From IMG/VR virus record IMGVR_UViG_3300025605_000004, positions 1 through 64,000 of that record: a stretch of 64,000 bases of DNA; one strand, 5' to 3'. This DNA is from a virus. Taxonomy: Duplodnaviria > Caudoviricetes. The notes beneath the pieces are model-generated. The model made no database searches. It was not told the origin of the DNA and saw nothing but the letters and a program-made list of their open reading frames with translations. The position numbers and the translations under genes are program-made. Below are positions 16,398 through 24,910 of the stretch, piece after piece. Numbering within the stretch: the stretch's first letter is position 1; every line of letters starts with the position of its first letter.

Positions 16398-19075
16398 ACA
16401 GACTAACTGAAATCTATATCAACAACCCTGATGAGGGAGAAGCTATAGCCAGAGAGTTTGGCTTGTGGGATAGCATCAAGGACAGACTATTCAAGGCTCT
16501 GAATGTCTACGTCTGCCAGAACGATGTAAACAGGTTCATCGAATATGTCTTCATTGACCCTGAAACCGGCGACTACCTCGAACAGCAGGACTTCCACGAG
16601 GAGTGGCAGCATCTCGTATCTAACCACGACAGGGTGCTTATTGCGGCCCCGAGAGGTCACGGTAAATGCTTGGCCGGGGATACAAAGATTACCCTAGCTG
16701 ATGGTAGCCGTAAAATAGCCTCAGATATTCCTCTTAACACACCGTTCGAGATTTTGTCTTGGGACGAAAATGAAGGTTACAGCATACGCACCGCTCGTAT
16801 ATGGCGCAACATCGTACAACCGATAGTTCATATTAAAACTGCTTTCGGAAGAAGCCTTCGTGTTTCTCCTGAACACCCGTGTTGGAGTGCTACAGGATGG
16901 AAAACAGCAAAAGATATTCAAGTAGGTGACCGGTTAGGTGTAGCTCTCGGTAGTCCTTTTGGTTCCAAGAGCGTAGACTTGGATAAAGCCTGGCTTCTTG
17001 GATTCCTTATCGGTGACGGCACTTTATCTAGGTTAAAGGCCAAGTACATCAAAGGCAGCGTTCAATTTACGTGTGCAGAAAGCGAGATAATTGACCGTGT
17101 AACTGCTATATGTAATCGTCAAGGCTGGAAACTTGAACCGCTGAAATATAACAAGTATGGCTGGGAAATCCGAAAATGTCGTGACTTGGTTGCCTGGCTA
17201 AAAAGACTTGGAATTGCAGGTACGAACTCTCACGATAAGTTTGTTCCAGAAGACATATTTACATGGAATCAAGAATCTGCGGCAGCCTTTATTGAAGGGT
17301 ATTTTGATTCTGATGGGACAGCGTGTTACCCAGGGGGCCGTTATCGACACGTAGCATTTAACAGTGTTTCCCGAGAGCTTTTGGAAGGTATTCAAACTCT
17401 ACTCCTTAGATTTGGTGTTAGCTCTCAGCTAACACCTAAAGACGTAGTGCCTTCCTGGGTTTTGGTTATTCACGGTAGTAGTATAAATCAGTTTTCCTCA
17501 ATTCTATCTCCTTGCTCTAGGAAGAATCAGAATATTCGGCAGATGAGCGAGGGCATAGTAACCAATGATAACGTTGACCTTTTTGGGCATCATAGGTCTC
17601 GAATGCTTGCGTATGCTGCATATGCGGGCAACGAGGTCTTTGCCAATAACGCACGGCTTCAATGGGACTACGTAACTGAGGTCATCTTTGAAGAACCTGA
17701 GATGACTTATTCAGTGGAGGTAGAGGGAACACACGTCCACATTACAAATGATTTTGTGACACACAATACTGTCCAAACCATCGGTAGGATAGTCTGGGAG
17801 CTTGGGCGCAACCCGGAAATCAGGGTCAAAATCATCGGTTCCTCCGACGACAAGGCCAAAGAAATCCTGGGCCTTGTGAAGGAAGTCATCGCCACATCTG
17901 AGCGAGTCCACGAGATATTCCCGAACCTGGAGATAGATGCCACTCGTGGAGACACCAAAACGGCATTCTTCGTCAAGAGACGCATTCCTCAGAGAGACCC
18001 TTCTGTGGAAGCATCGGGTGTTCTCTCGACTGGTGCTGGAGGTCGTGCTGACCTCCTGGTGTGCGACGATGTTGTTGACCTCAAAAACGCAGTCATCAAC
18101 CCTGCCCAACGTGAGCAGGTTATCAAGGCTATCGAGGAAACGTGGTTTTCCCTGGTTGCCTCTAAGGGTCGAATCATTTGGATATGCACCCCTTACCACG
18201 TTGCTGACGCCACACACGTCCTGAAGGCCAGAGGCACATTCACCGTCTGGTGGACTCCGGCCATCGAATACAAGATGCACTTCGAGGACGACGGTACTCC
18301 GATTGTTGACCCTGAAACCGGGCAGCAGAAGGTAACGAAGAAAATCCTGTGGCCGAGCAAGTGGTCTGAGGAGAAGCTGAAAGAGAGGGAGGCCGAGGTC
18401 GGCACCCGAGCATTCGCAAGGCAGTATCTCCTCAATGCTATGTCCGACGAAGAAAGGACGTTCCCCGAGAAGTCCCTGGAGAAAAGCTTTGACAAGACCA
18501 TTGCTGACATCGGTGAGGACATCGAGGATACTTGGGCAACTTATGGCGGCGTAGACCTCGCAACGGCCCTTGGTAAGAAGAATGCTTGGACAGTCATCAC
18601 AACTTTGGCGAAGTCGCCGTATGACTCCAGGCTCTACTTCAAGGAGATATATCGCCGGAGGATGCCGTTCTCTACGACCATCAAGTGCATCCTGGAGCAG
18701 TATCGAAAGCACAACTGGAGAATGGTCTACGTCGAGAACAACCAGTATCAGCAGGCAGTCATTGACGCACTTGAGGAGATAGATAAGTCCTTGCCGGTCT
18801 ACTCGTTTACAACGGGCACCAACAAGGCCGATGAGAAGGTCGGGTTGCCCGGCCTCAACGTTGCCTTTGAAAAGGGCCATTTCGCCATACCTGCGGCCAA
18901 GTTCCCTCTGGCCGGTGACGAAGTATCACCTTTGGCAATCCTGATGAACGAGCTTAGAACACACCCCGGAGGGGAGTTCTCCGATACTGTGATGTCACTA
19001 TGGTTTGCATGGTCGGCAGCAGTGAAAGGTTCCGGCGACTTTGAAGATGCATATATCGAAGCAGTAGCCTCATAA
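16385..19075 (+). CDS. terL: Terminase large subunit with intein
   Basis: Walker A APRGHGK|T split by the intein; GGRADLLVCDD Walker B; ICTPYH; nuclease GVDLA, VENNQYQ, FSDTVMS. Confidence 0.93.
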   Translation: MDIVDRLTEIYINNPDEGEAIAREFGLWDSIKDRLFKALNVYVCQNDVNRFIEYVFIDPETGDYLEQQDFHEEWQHLVSNHDRVLIAAPRGHGKCLAGDTKITLADGSRKIASDIPLNTPFEILSWDENEGYSIRTARIWRNIVQPIVHIKTAFGRSLRVSPEHPCWSATGWKTAKDIQVGDRLGVALGSPFGSKSVDLDKAWLLGFLIGDGTLSRLKAKYIKGSVQFTCAESEIIDRVTAICNRQGWKLEPLKYNKYGWEIRKCRDLVAWLKRLGIAGTNSHDKFVPEDIFTWNQESAAAFIEGYFDSDGTACYPGGRYRHVAFNSVSRELLEGIQTLLLRFGVSSQLTPKDVVPSWVLVIHGSSINQFSSILSPCSRKNQNIRQMSEGIVTNDNVDLFGHHRSRMLAYAAYAGNEVFANNARLQWDYVTEVIFEEPEMTYSVEVEGTHVHITNDFVTHNTVQTIGRIVWELGRNPEIRVKIIGSSDDKAKEILGLVKEVIATSERVHEIFPNLEIDATRGDTKTAFFVKRRIPQRDPSVEASGVLSTGAGGRADLLVCDDVVDLKNAVINPAQREQVIKAIEETWFSLVASKGRIIWICTPYHVADATHVLKARGTFTVWWTPAIEYKMHFEDDGTPIVDPETGQQKVTKKILWPSKWSEEKLKEREAEVGTRAFARQYLLNAMSDEERTFPEKSLEKSFDKTIADIGEDIEDTWATYGGVDLATALGKKNAWTVITTLAKSPYDSRLYFKEIYRRRMPFSTTIKCILEQYRKHNWRMVYVENNQYQQAVIDALEEIDKSLPVYSFTTGTNKADEKVGLPGLNVAFEKGHFAIPAAKFPLAGDEVSPLAILMNELRTHPGGEFSDTVMSLWFAWSAAVKGSGDFEDAYIEAVAS
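16667..17767 (+). mobile_element. Intein with LAGLIDADG homing endonuclease in the TerL P-loop (367 aa)
   Basis: CLAGDTKI...VSPEHP...LLGFLIGDG...FIEGYFDSDG...VTHN|T. Confidence 0.95.
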
Positions 19076-19162
19076 AGACGCCATCAATCGGCACTACTAT
19101 GTTATGATATAAGCAGTCTGTTGCAAACGCCTTACTTCCATGCTATAATGAGGATAGTTGCC

Positions 19163-20947
19163 ATGAACTCACCTTTTGATATACAAAAGCCGAAGCGACA
19201 ACCGGTTACATACTGGGCTAAGAAGATTGGGCGAGCGTTGAATGAGCTATTTGATACTGACTCGTCTAACCCACGACACGCCGTTCCTCGAATCAAGGAT
19301 TCCAACTCTCTAACTGACACGTTCTTTGCTTCGGCTAATCCAGCTTCCATTCCGAACCTGTGGAGAACCCATCAGACTCGGAAGGCTGTCTATCAGGACA
19401 TAGAGCGGATGGACGCCGAGGATGAGACGGTGGCAACGGCCCTCGACATCATAGCTGATTGTTCAGTTTCCTACTCTGAGACTCAGAACATTCCTCAGTT
19501 CAATATAGTGTCCAAGGACGCAAGAGTGCAGAAGATTCTCAGCGACCTTTCCGCACGACTTGACCTTCCGGGCGAAATATGGCAGATTGCCAGAGATGGT
19601 GTGAAGCAGGGCAACGAGTTCAGAGAGGTCATCATCGACCGGCAGGCGATGAAGATTATAGCCCTGAAGCAGACCATCTCGTATCAGATTTACCCGAAGA
19701 CCAATGAGAGGGGCGACAAGCTGCCCGGATGGATAGCTCTCAAGGATGGAGACCTTTATGGCACTGAGGCCGGGAGAGAGCTTGAGGAATGGCAGATAGT
19801 GCCGTTCCAGTTCGGTCACAAACGGGGCTTCCTGACGGTGCCTCCGCTGGCCTCGGCACGACGCAACTGGATTCGGCTTTCAAAGATGGAAGACGGCATG
19901 GCAATCGCAAGATTGACCCGTGCTTACGATAAGTTGGTTCACCGTATTCCGGTCAAGCCCGAGATGAGCCGTGAGGAAGTCATGGCCCGCATTCGGATGT
20001 ATAAGGACAGCATCACTAAAAAACGTATGCTGAACTCTGAGGGTTTGCTGGAGCAGACGGACAGCCCGCTTGACATACAGTCCGACTTTTACCTCCCGGA
20101 TACTGGAGATGGCCGTGGAGGAGTTGAGCAACTATCCAGTAACAATGCACAGCTTGGAAACCTGAACGACATCATCTATCATCGTGAAAAGCTTCTCACC
20201 AGGCTCCAGGTTCCGATTGCTTACTTGCAAATCACTTCGGCACAGAAGACTCACCTGACTGCCGGTAGTAACAAGGGCGATGTTGAGATTCAGTTTGCAA
20301 GAATGCTCAGGAGAGTTCAGCGGATGCTCAAGAAAGGTCTGCGCCGGGTGTGCGACATCGAGCTTATGCTCCATGGCATAGCCCCGAGTGAAGACCTGTA
20401 TGAAATCCAAATGACCCCTATCAACACCAAAGACCTCCGGGAAGACGCCGAAATCGAGCTTACCTACGCTCAAGCGGCTGTGTATTTCCTGGAAGCCTTC
20501 GGTGCTCTGCCGCCTGAGTTTGTCGCTGAGAAGTTTATGCACCTTGATACGGAACAGACCGATGTACTTGAGCAGTTCCTCAAGAAGTATTCTGACCGTA
20601 TCACTGAGGCCCGCGTGAAGGCTATCGAGAATGCGGCCATTCCGAAGTCTGATTTGATTAAGGACAGGCTGCCGGGCGACTCCCAGAAGGGCAGAGGCAG
20701 TGGCAACCAGAACAAAACGCGAGGCAGTAGGACAACCGAGCAAAAGGGCACTGCGGAAGCACAACAGTCTGTGCCAATCGAAACTTTGGTAGACATCATC
20801 TACGAACTTCAGGAGGCAATCTACCAGGACTTCCGTGACCAGGGAATCCACGTTCCCGAGATAGACGAGATTAGTCAGCGGAATGTCATTAGAGCAGGAC
20901 TTGCTCAGGTAGCAAAAACACCGGATGCAGAGCTTATCGTCAACTAA
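19163..20947 (+). CDS. Portal protein, T4 gp20-like
   Basis: ALDIIAD, MEDGMAIARLTRA, DFYLP, LGNLNDIIYHREKLLTRLQVP, FARMLRRVQ; follows TerL; TGCTATAAT at 19141 supports ATG 19163. Confidence 0.85.
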   Translation: MNSPFDIQKPKRQPVTYWAKKIGRALNELFDTDSSNPRHAVPRIKDSNSLTDTFFASANPASIPNLWRTHQTRKAVYQDIERMDAEDETVATALDIIADCSVSYSETQNIPQFNIVSKDARVQKILSDLSARLDLPGEIWQIARDGVKQGNEFREVIIDRQAMKIIALKQTISYQIYPKTNERGDKLPGWIALKDGDLYGTEAGRELEEWQIVPFQFGHKRGFLTVPPLASARRNWIRLSKMEDGMAIARLTRAYDKLVHRIPVKPEMSREEVMARIRMYKDSITKKRMLNSEGLLEQTDSPLDIQSDFYLPDTGDGRGGVEQLSSNNAQLGNLNDIIYHREKLLTRLQVPIAYLQITSAQKTHLTAGSNKGDVEIQFARMLRRVQRMLKKGLRRVCDIELMLHGIAPSEDLYEIQMTPINTKDLREDAEIELTYAQAAVYFLEAFGALPPEFVAEKFMHLDTEQTDVLEQFLKKYSDRITEARVKAIENAAIPKSDLIKDRLPGDSQKGRGSGNQNKTRGSRTTEQKGTAEAQQSVPIETLVDIIYELQEAIYQDFRDQGIHVPEIDEISQRNVIRAGLAQVAKTPDAELIVN

Positions 20948-21809
20948 GGCAAGAATCGACCTCTATAACGAGGATTGCCTGACCGGAATGAAAGAGAAAC
21001 TTGCCGCCAAGTCGGTTTCTCTCATTGTCACTAGTCCACCTTACAATATCGGGATAGAGTATGGCACCGAAGGTTATGACGACCACATGCCCAGGGCCGA
21101 TTACCTGGACTGGATGGTTGATGTTTCCTACGAGATGCACCGAGTCCTTGCCGATGACGGCAGCTTGTTCCTGAACCTCGGGAGCAAGCCGACTGACCCC
21201 TATATCCCGCATGATGTACTCAATATCTTCCGTCGATGCTGGCACCTACAGAACACTTTTCTGTGGGTCAAGAGTCTCTACGTTGAGGACATTGAGACCA
21301 CGGTAGGGCACTTCAAACCGATTAACTCCCCACGTTTCGTCAATGACTGTGTGGAGTTTATCTACCAGCTTACCAAGACCGAGGATACACCGAAAGACCA
21401 GGGGTTCGAGTATGTCTTCCACCTGACCAAGGATGGCAAGACCCCAGTTGACCGGCTGGCCCTCGGAGTTCCTTACGAGGATGCTTCCAATCGGAAACGA
21501 TGGAAGAATGGCAGTCTCGGGCTGCATTGCCGAGGCAATGTGTGGGTCATACCTTATAAGACAATTCAATCCAGAGACAAGGACAGGGGAGGCCATCCGG
21601 CCACATTCCCTCCTCAACTTGCGATGAATTGTATGCTGGCCCACGGCCTGGACAGAATCAAACTGGCCCTTGACCCGTTCAATGGGGAAGGCAATTCGGC
21701 GATAGCTGCCGCCACCCTCGGTGTAGACTTTGTGGGCTTTGAGCTAAATGAACAGACACACAAGAATGCCCTAATCAACGTCGGATTGGTGGAAGAAGAA
21801 GTAGCATGA
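20925..21809 (+). CDS. DNA methyltransferase (N4-C/N6-A, beta class; SPPY suggests m4C)
   Basis: VTSPPY motif IV precedes HPATFP and LDPFNGEG motif I. Confidence 0.9.
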   Translation: MQSLSSTKARIDLYNEDCLTGMKEKLAAKSVSLIVTSPPYNIGIEYGTEGYDDHMPRADYLDWMVDVSYEMHRVLADDGSLFLNLGSKPTDPYIPHDVLNIFRRCWHLQNTFLWVKSLYVEDIETTVGHFKPINSPRFVNDCVEFIYQLTKTEDTPKDQGFEYVFHLTKDGKTPVDRLALGVPYEDASNRKRWKNGSLGLHCRGNVWVIPYKTIQSRDKDRGGHPATFPPQLAMNCMLAHGLDRIKLALDPFNGEGNSAIAAATLGVDFVGFELNEQTHKNALINVGLVEEEVA

Positions 21810-22090
21810 CTGTAAGACGATTAACGGTTGCGCTCGTCATCCTGGTAGTCTTATGTCTATGTCTTGCTCGTAGAACCGAAAGCACGGCAACTACGAGCAG
21901 TTTGACCAAACAGGAGATGGTAGCCGTATCGCAAGAAGCAACACCGGATGTGTGGACGGTTTCCACTCCGTCCTGCGATGTTGCGGGCGTTGAGCTACCC
22001 GCTGACCTTGCACTAGCAGGTGAGGTCAATGTCGTGAGTTCCGGCATACCTATGGAACCCTACTGCCGGAAGAAATGGTTGCCTCCGTAG
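21806..22090 (+). CDS. Small protein with N-terminal signal or TM segment
   Basis: RRLTVALVILVVLCLCLA; ATGA overlap. Confidence 0.55.
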   Translation: MTVRRLTVALVILVVLCLCLARRTESTATTSSLTKQEMVAVSQEATPDVWTVSTPSCDVAGVELPADLALAGEVNVVSSGIPMEPYCRKKWLPP

Positions 22091-22135
22091 CGTTGATAAT
22101 CTGGTATCAGATTAATCATGTGAATAACCTCAAGG

Positions 22136-22164
22136 AAGGCCCTGTGTGATTCGCAGGGCCTTTT
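22136..22164 (+). terminator. Rho-independent terminator
   Basis: AAGGCCCTGTG-TGATT-CGCAGGGCCTTTT. Confidence 0.8.
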
Positions 22165-22287
22165 GCTTACCACGTATTTCCGTACCGGTACCAAGCAGCC
22201 CTCACATCGTGGACACTTGCAGTCTGCGAAAGGTGGGGCAAGTGTGATAGTATAAATATAGGCAGATAGTGCTTGGAGGGCAGTAGT

Positions 22288-23505
22288 ATGGCTTGGAAAC
22301 CTGTCTCAGTAGTCAACTTCGTAACAGACTACCTCGAAGGGAAATCCGACAATGACCTTGCTCTAAAATACGGAGGCACCATCGACCAAGTAAAATTTCT
22401 GATAGCCCGTCTTCGCAAAAGCGAAGGTCTACCTACCAGGGATGAACTTCGTGCCGGGGTCTCATTCGAGTATAAAGCAGCCCAAGAACGACAAGCATTC
22501 CGTAAGTTCCTCCTTCGAGCAAAGACCTTCCCCGAAATCCGAGCAAAGTTTGGTGACCTATCTGAAACTCTCCTGGCCGAGAAGCATCCTGGACTAAACC
22601 TCTTTGAGCAGATAAACAACTTCGGTGAGAAGATATACATTCTATTACCAGAGGTTGGCGAGGAAGACTGGCGGGCACTGGTCAAGGAACGAGTCTGGGC
22701 CTACCACACGTCCGAAAGTCTGGAAGGGCCTTGGAAGCAGCCATACCAGGTGATACAGATGCCAGATGATGCTTTCCTGGACGATGAGATTATCATTGCC
22801 CCGATATACGACGCACACCTAGGCCACTACGCACACAAGCGGGAAAAGTTGCTCGCTTATATAAGGTGGATAGAGGAGACACCGAATGTCTTCACGTTCC
22901 TGGGCGGTGATTTTGAGGAAAATGCCCTGGACGATGGTAGAGGGATGACCTACTCCCAGCAGGTTCCTCCGTCACTGCAAATCAAGCGTTCCTGTGAGCT
23001 TCTGGCCCCGATAGCCCACAAGATTCTGTTCACACTCTCGGGCAACCATGAGCTTCGGACAGAGAAGCGGGCGAACATCGACCCCTCTGCGGTCGTAGCT
23101 AGCTACTTGAACGTTCCTCACTATGCCGGGCCGGTCTATTGCACGATTCTCGGCAAAGGTCGAAGGTGGAAGATATACGCTTTCCACGGCAACACTAGCT
23201 CTCAGACCAAGGGAGGTAAACTCAACGCTGCCGGTCGGCCTCGGAGATTCACCGACTTCGTTCACTTCTATGTGAGCGGCCACACTCACGACCCGATGGT
23301 AAACAACGAGACCTGTCTGGTGGAAGACCCGGAACGCTGCCGGTTGACCTACCAAACACAGTGGATAGTTACCTGCCCATCTTTCCTCGGTTGGGAAAAC
23401 ACTTACGCCTATGTTGCAGGTTGGCCTCCTCCGGGCAAGGGAGGAGTCGCTATACATTTATATGGTACCGGCGACTACGAGGCCATAGCAAGGGACAGAC
23501 GATAA
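22288..23505 (+). CDS. Calcineurin-like metallophosphoesterase with N-terminal extension
   Basis: DAHLG, GGD, GNHE, FHG, GHTH motifs; GGAGG SD before ATG 22288. Confidence 0.85.
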   Translation: MAWKPVSVVNFVTDYLEGKSDNDLALKYGGTIDQVKFLIARLRKSEGLPTRDELRAGVSFEYKAAQERQAFRKFLLRAKTFPEIRAKFGDLSETLLAEKHPGLNLFEQINNFGEKIYILLPEVGEEDWRALVKERVWAYHTSESLEGPWKQPYQVIQMPDDAFLDDEIIIAPIYDAHLGHYAHKREKLLAYIRWIEETPNVFTFLGGDFEENALDDGRGMTYSQQVPPSLQIKRSCELLAPIAHKILFTLSGNHELRTEKRANIDPSAVVASYLNVPHYAGPVYCTILGKGRRWKIYAFHGNTSSQTKGGKLNAAGRPRRFTDFVHFYVSGHTHDPMVNNETCLVEDPERCRLTYQTQWIVTCPSFLGWENTYAYVAGWPPPGKGGVAIHLYGTGDYEAIARDRR

Positions 23506-23528
23506 CTAAATAAGGGCAAGTGAATAGT

Positions 23529-23562
23529 AAAGAGACCGGCGATTATCGTTGCCGGTCTCTTT
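23529..23562 (+). terminator. Rho-independent (possibly bidirectional) terminator
   Basis: AAAGAGACCGGC...GCCGGTCTCTTT. Confidence 0.85.
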
Positions 23563-23630
23563 GCATTTATTCCACTTATCAAGTCGGCCTAGTACATATA
23601 CCTGATTATTGTTAAACGCCCCACTTACTG

Positions 23631-23659
23631 TTGACTTTGATTATCCACTCAAGTATACT
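23631..23659 (+). promoter_or_regulatory. sigma70-type promoter
   Basis: TTGACT-17 nt-TATACT. Confidence 0.8.
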
Positions 23660-23712
23660 GAAGATGTTAGCCATCCAAACAACTACATTCATACACTATG
23701 GAGGTAACGACA

Positions 23713-24735
23713 ATGGCAGTAGTAGAGACAAGAGAGATGAAGAAGAACGCAAGAGTTGACTCGCAGATTGTGATGGCCGGTGACATCGGCAGCGTCTACG
23801 GCGGCAAGATTATCGACTCCAAGATGAGCCTGAACGAGGCCATAGTGGAGGCTGGTCTGGACTTCGAGGTTGCCCTGGAGAGGATTCGCATAGCCAAGAA
23901 GGTCGGAGGAAAGGTCATCCCTGGTTACTTCGTAACCTATCGCACTGACACCGGAGACCCGCTCGGAGTCGTCAAGAGTCGCTACGTTCCGATGCAGAAC
24001 AGAGACGCTTTCAGGCCGTTTGAGGCATTCATCGGCAATGAGGCTTGCGTCGAAAGTGCAGGCGTATTGCATGGTGGCCGATATACGTGGATGTGCCTCG
24101 ACCTCGGTAGCTTCGACATTCTGCCCGGCGACACTATCAACAAGCATCTGCTCATCATCAACTCGCACGACGGGTCGAGTAACATCCTGGCTCAGTTGAT
24201 GCCGAATAGACTGGCCTGCCAGAACATGCTCAACTTCTCGTTTGGTGCCGGTGGCGGCAGTGAGCCGTTCAAGATTCGCCACACGGGTTCGGCTCTCATC
24301 AAGCTTGAAGAAGCCCGCAACGTCATGTCGATTGCAGCCGATGGGTTCAAGAAGGTGCAGGAAGCGTTCTCGCTGATGAAGGACACCCGTTGCTCGCAGG
24401 AAGACCACAACCTCATCGTTCGCAAGTCCTTCGGGGTCACGGATGAGGATATGGAGAAGTTCCTGGCCGGAGACTACGTGAAGACTCCTCAGTGGGTTGG
24501 ACACGCGAAGGAGATTGATAAGGTCTACGAGATTGGGCCTGGTATGGACATCCCCGGAGTCCGTGGAACCGTGTGGGGAACGTTCCAGGCAATCACTACC
24601 TACTTCGACCACTTCAGACACGTTCGGGGCAGCGGCAACAACCCGGACACTGCCATCGAGTCCAAGCTTCTCGGTCACGCCGCCGAGAAGAAGATTGCAG
24701 CGTTCAAAGCCTGCATGGATTTCTGCCGAAACTAG
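23713..24735 (+). CDS. DUF932 / phage-plasmid TIGR03299-family protein
   Basis: AGLDFEV, RTDT..LGVV..RY.PMQN, SAG.L.GG, INSHDGS, R.ACQN, IRHT, GT.WG.FQA.T.Y.DH; GGAGG SD. Confidence 0.85.
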   Translation: MAVVETREMKKNARVDSQIVMAGDIGSVYGGKIIDSKMSLNEAIVEAGLDFEVALERIRIAKKVGGKVIPGYFVTYRTDTGDPLGVVKSRYVPMQNRDAFRPFEAFIGNEACVESAGVLHGGRYTWMCLDLGSFDILPGDTINKHLLIINSHDGSSNILAQLMPNRLACQNMLNFSFGAGGGSEPFKIRHTGSALIKLEEARNVMSIAADGFKKVQEAFSLMKDTRCSQEDHNLIVRKSFGVTDEDMEKFLAGDYVKTPQWVGHAKEIDKVYEIGPGMDIPGVRGTVWGTFQAITTYFDHFRHVRGSGNNPDTAIESKLLGHAAEKKIAAFKACMDFCRN

Positions 24736-24760
24736 CCCCGGTCAACCTTCCAACCTCAAA

Positions 24761-24790
24761 ACAAGGCCACCCTATGCAGGGTGGCCTTGT
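24761..24790 (+). terminator. 13-bp perfect hairpin, likely terminator
   Basis: ACAAGGCCACCCT-ATGC-AGGGTGGCCTTGT. Confidence 0.75.
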
Positions 24791-24814
24791 CGCATTTATC
24801 TAACTCCGCAACTA

Positions 24815-24889
24815 CGCAATTCATCCCAGTAAATTTTTTTATAATGTGGACACCCTACAGTTGCGCTCTTTTGCTACAGTATATTCAGC
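24815..24889 (+). promoter_or_regulatory. Candidate late promoter, copy 1 (capsid gene)
   Basis: Gapless match to 33904-33978: CGCAAYTYATC-N8-TTTTTNT-N3-ATGTGGACACCCT-N18-TASAGTATATNNAGC. Confidence 0.65.
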
Positions 24890-24910
24890 AAACCTTGTGT
24901 GAGGTCAGAC

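Noticed and set aside
22209-22216. Third copy of the late-promoter motif (GTGGACAC)
   Set aside because: Only the 8-nt core matches; the flanking blocks and spacing are not conserved.
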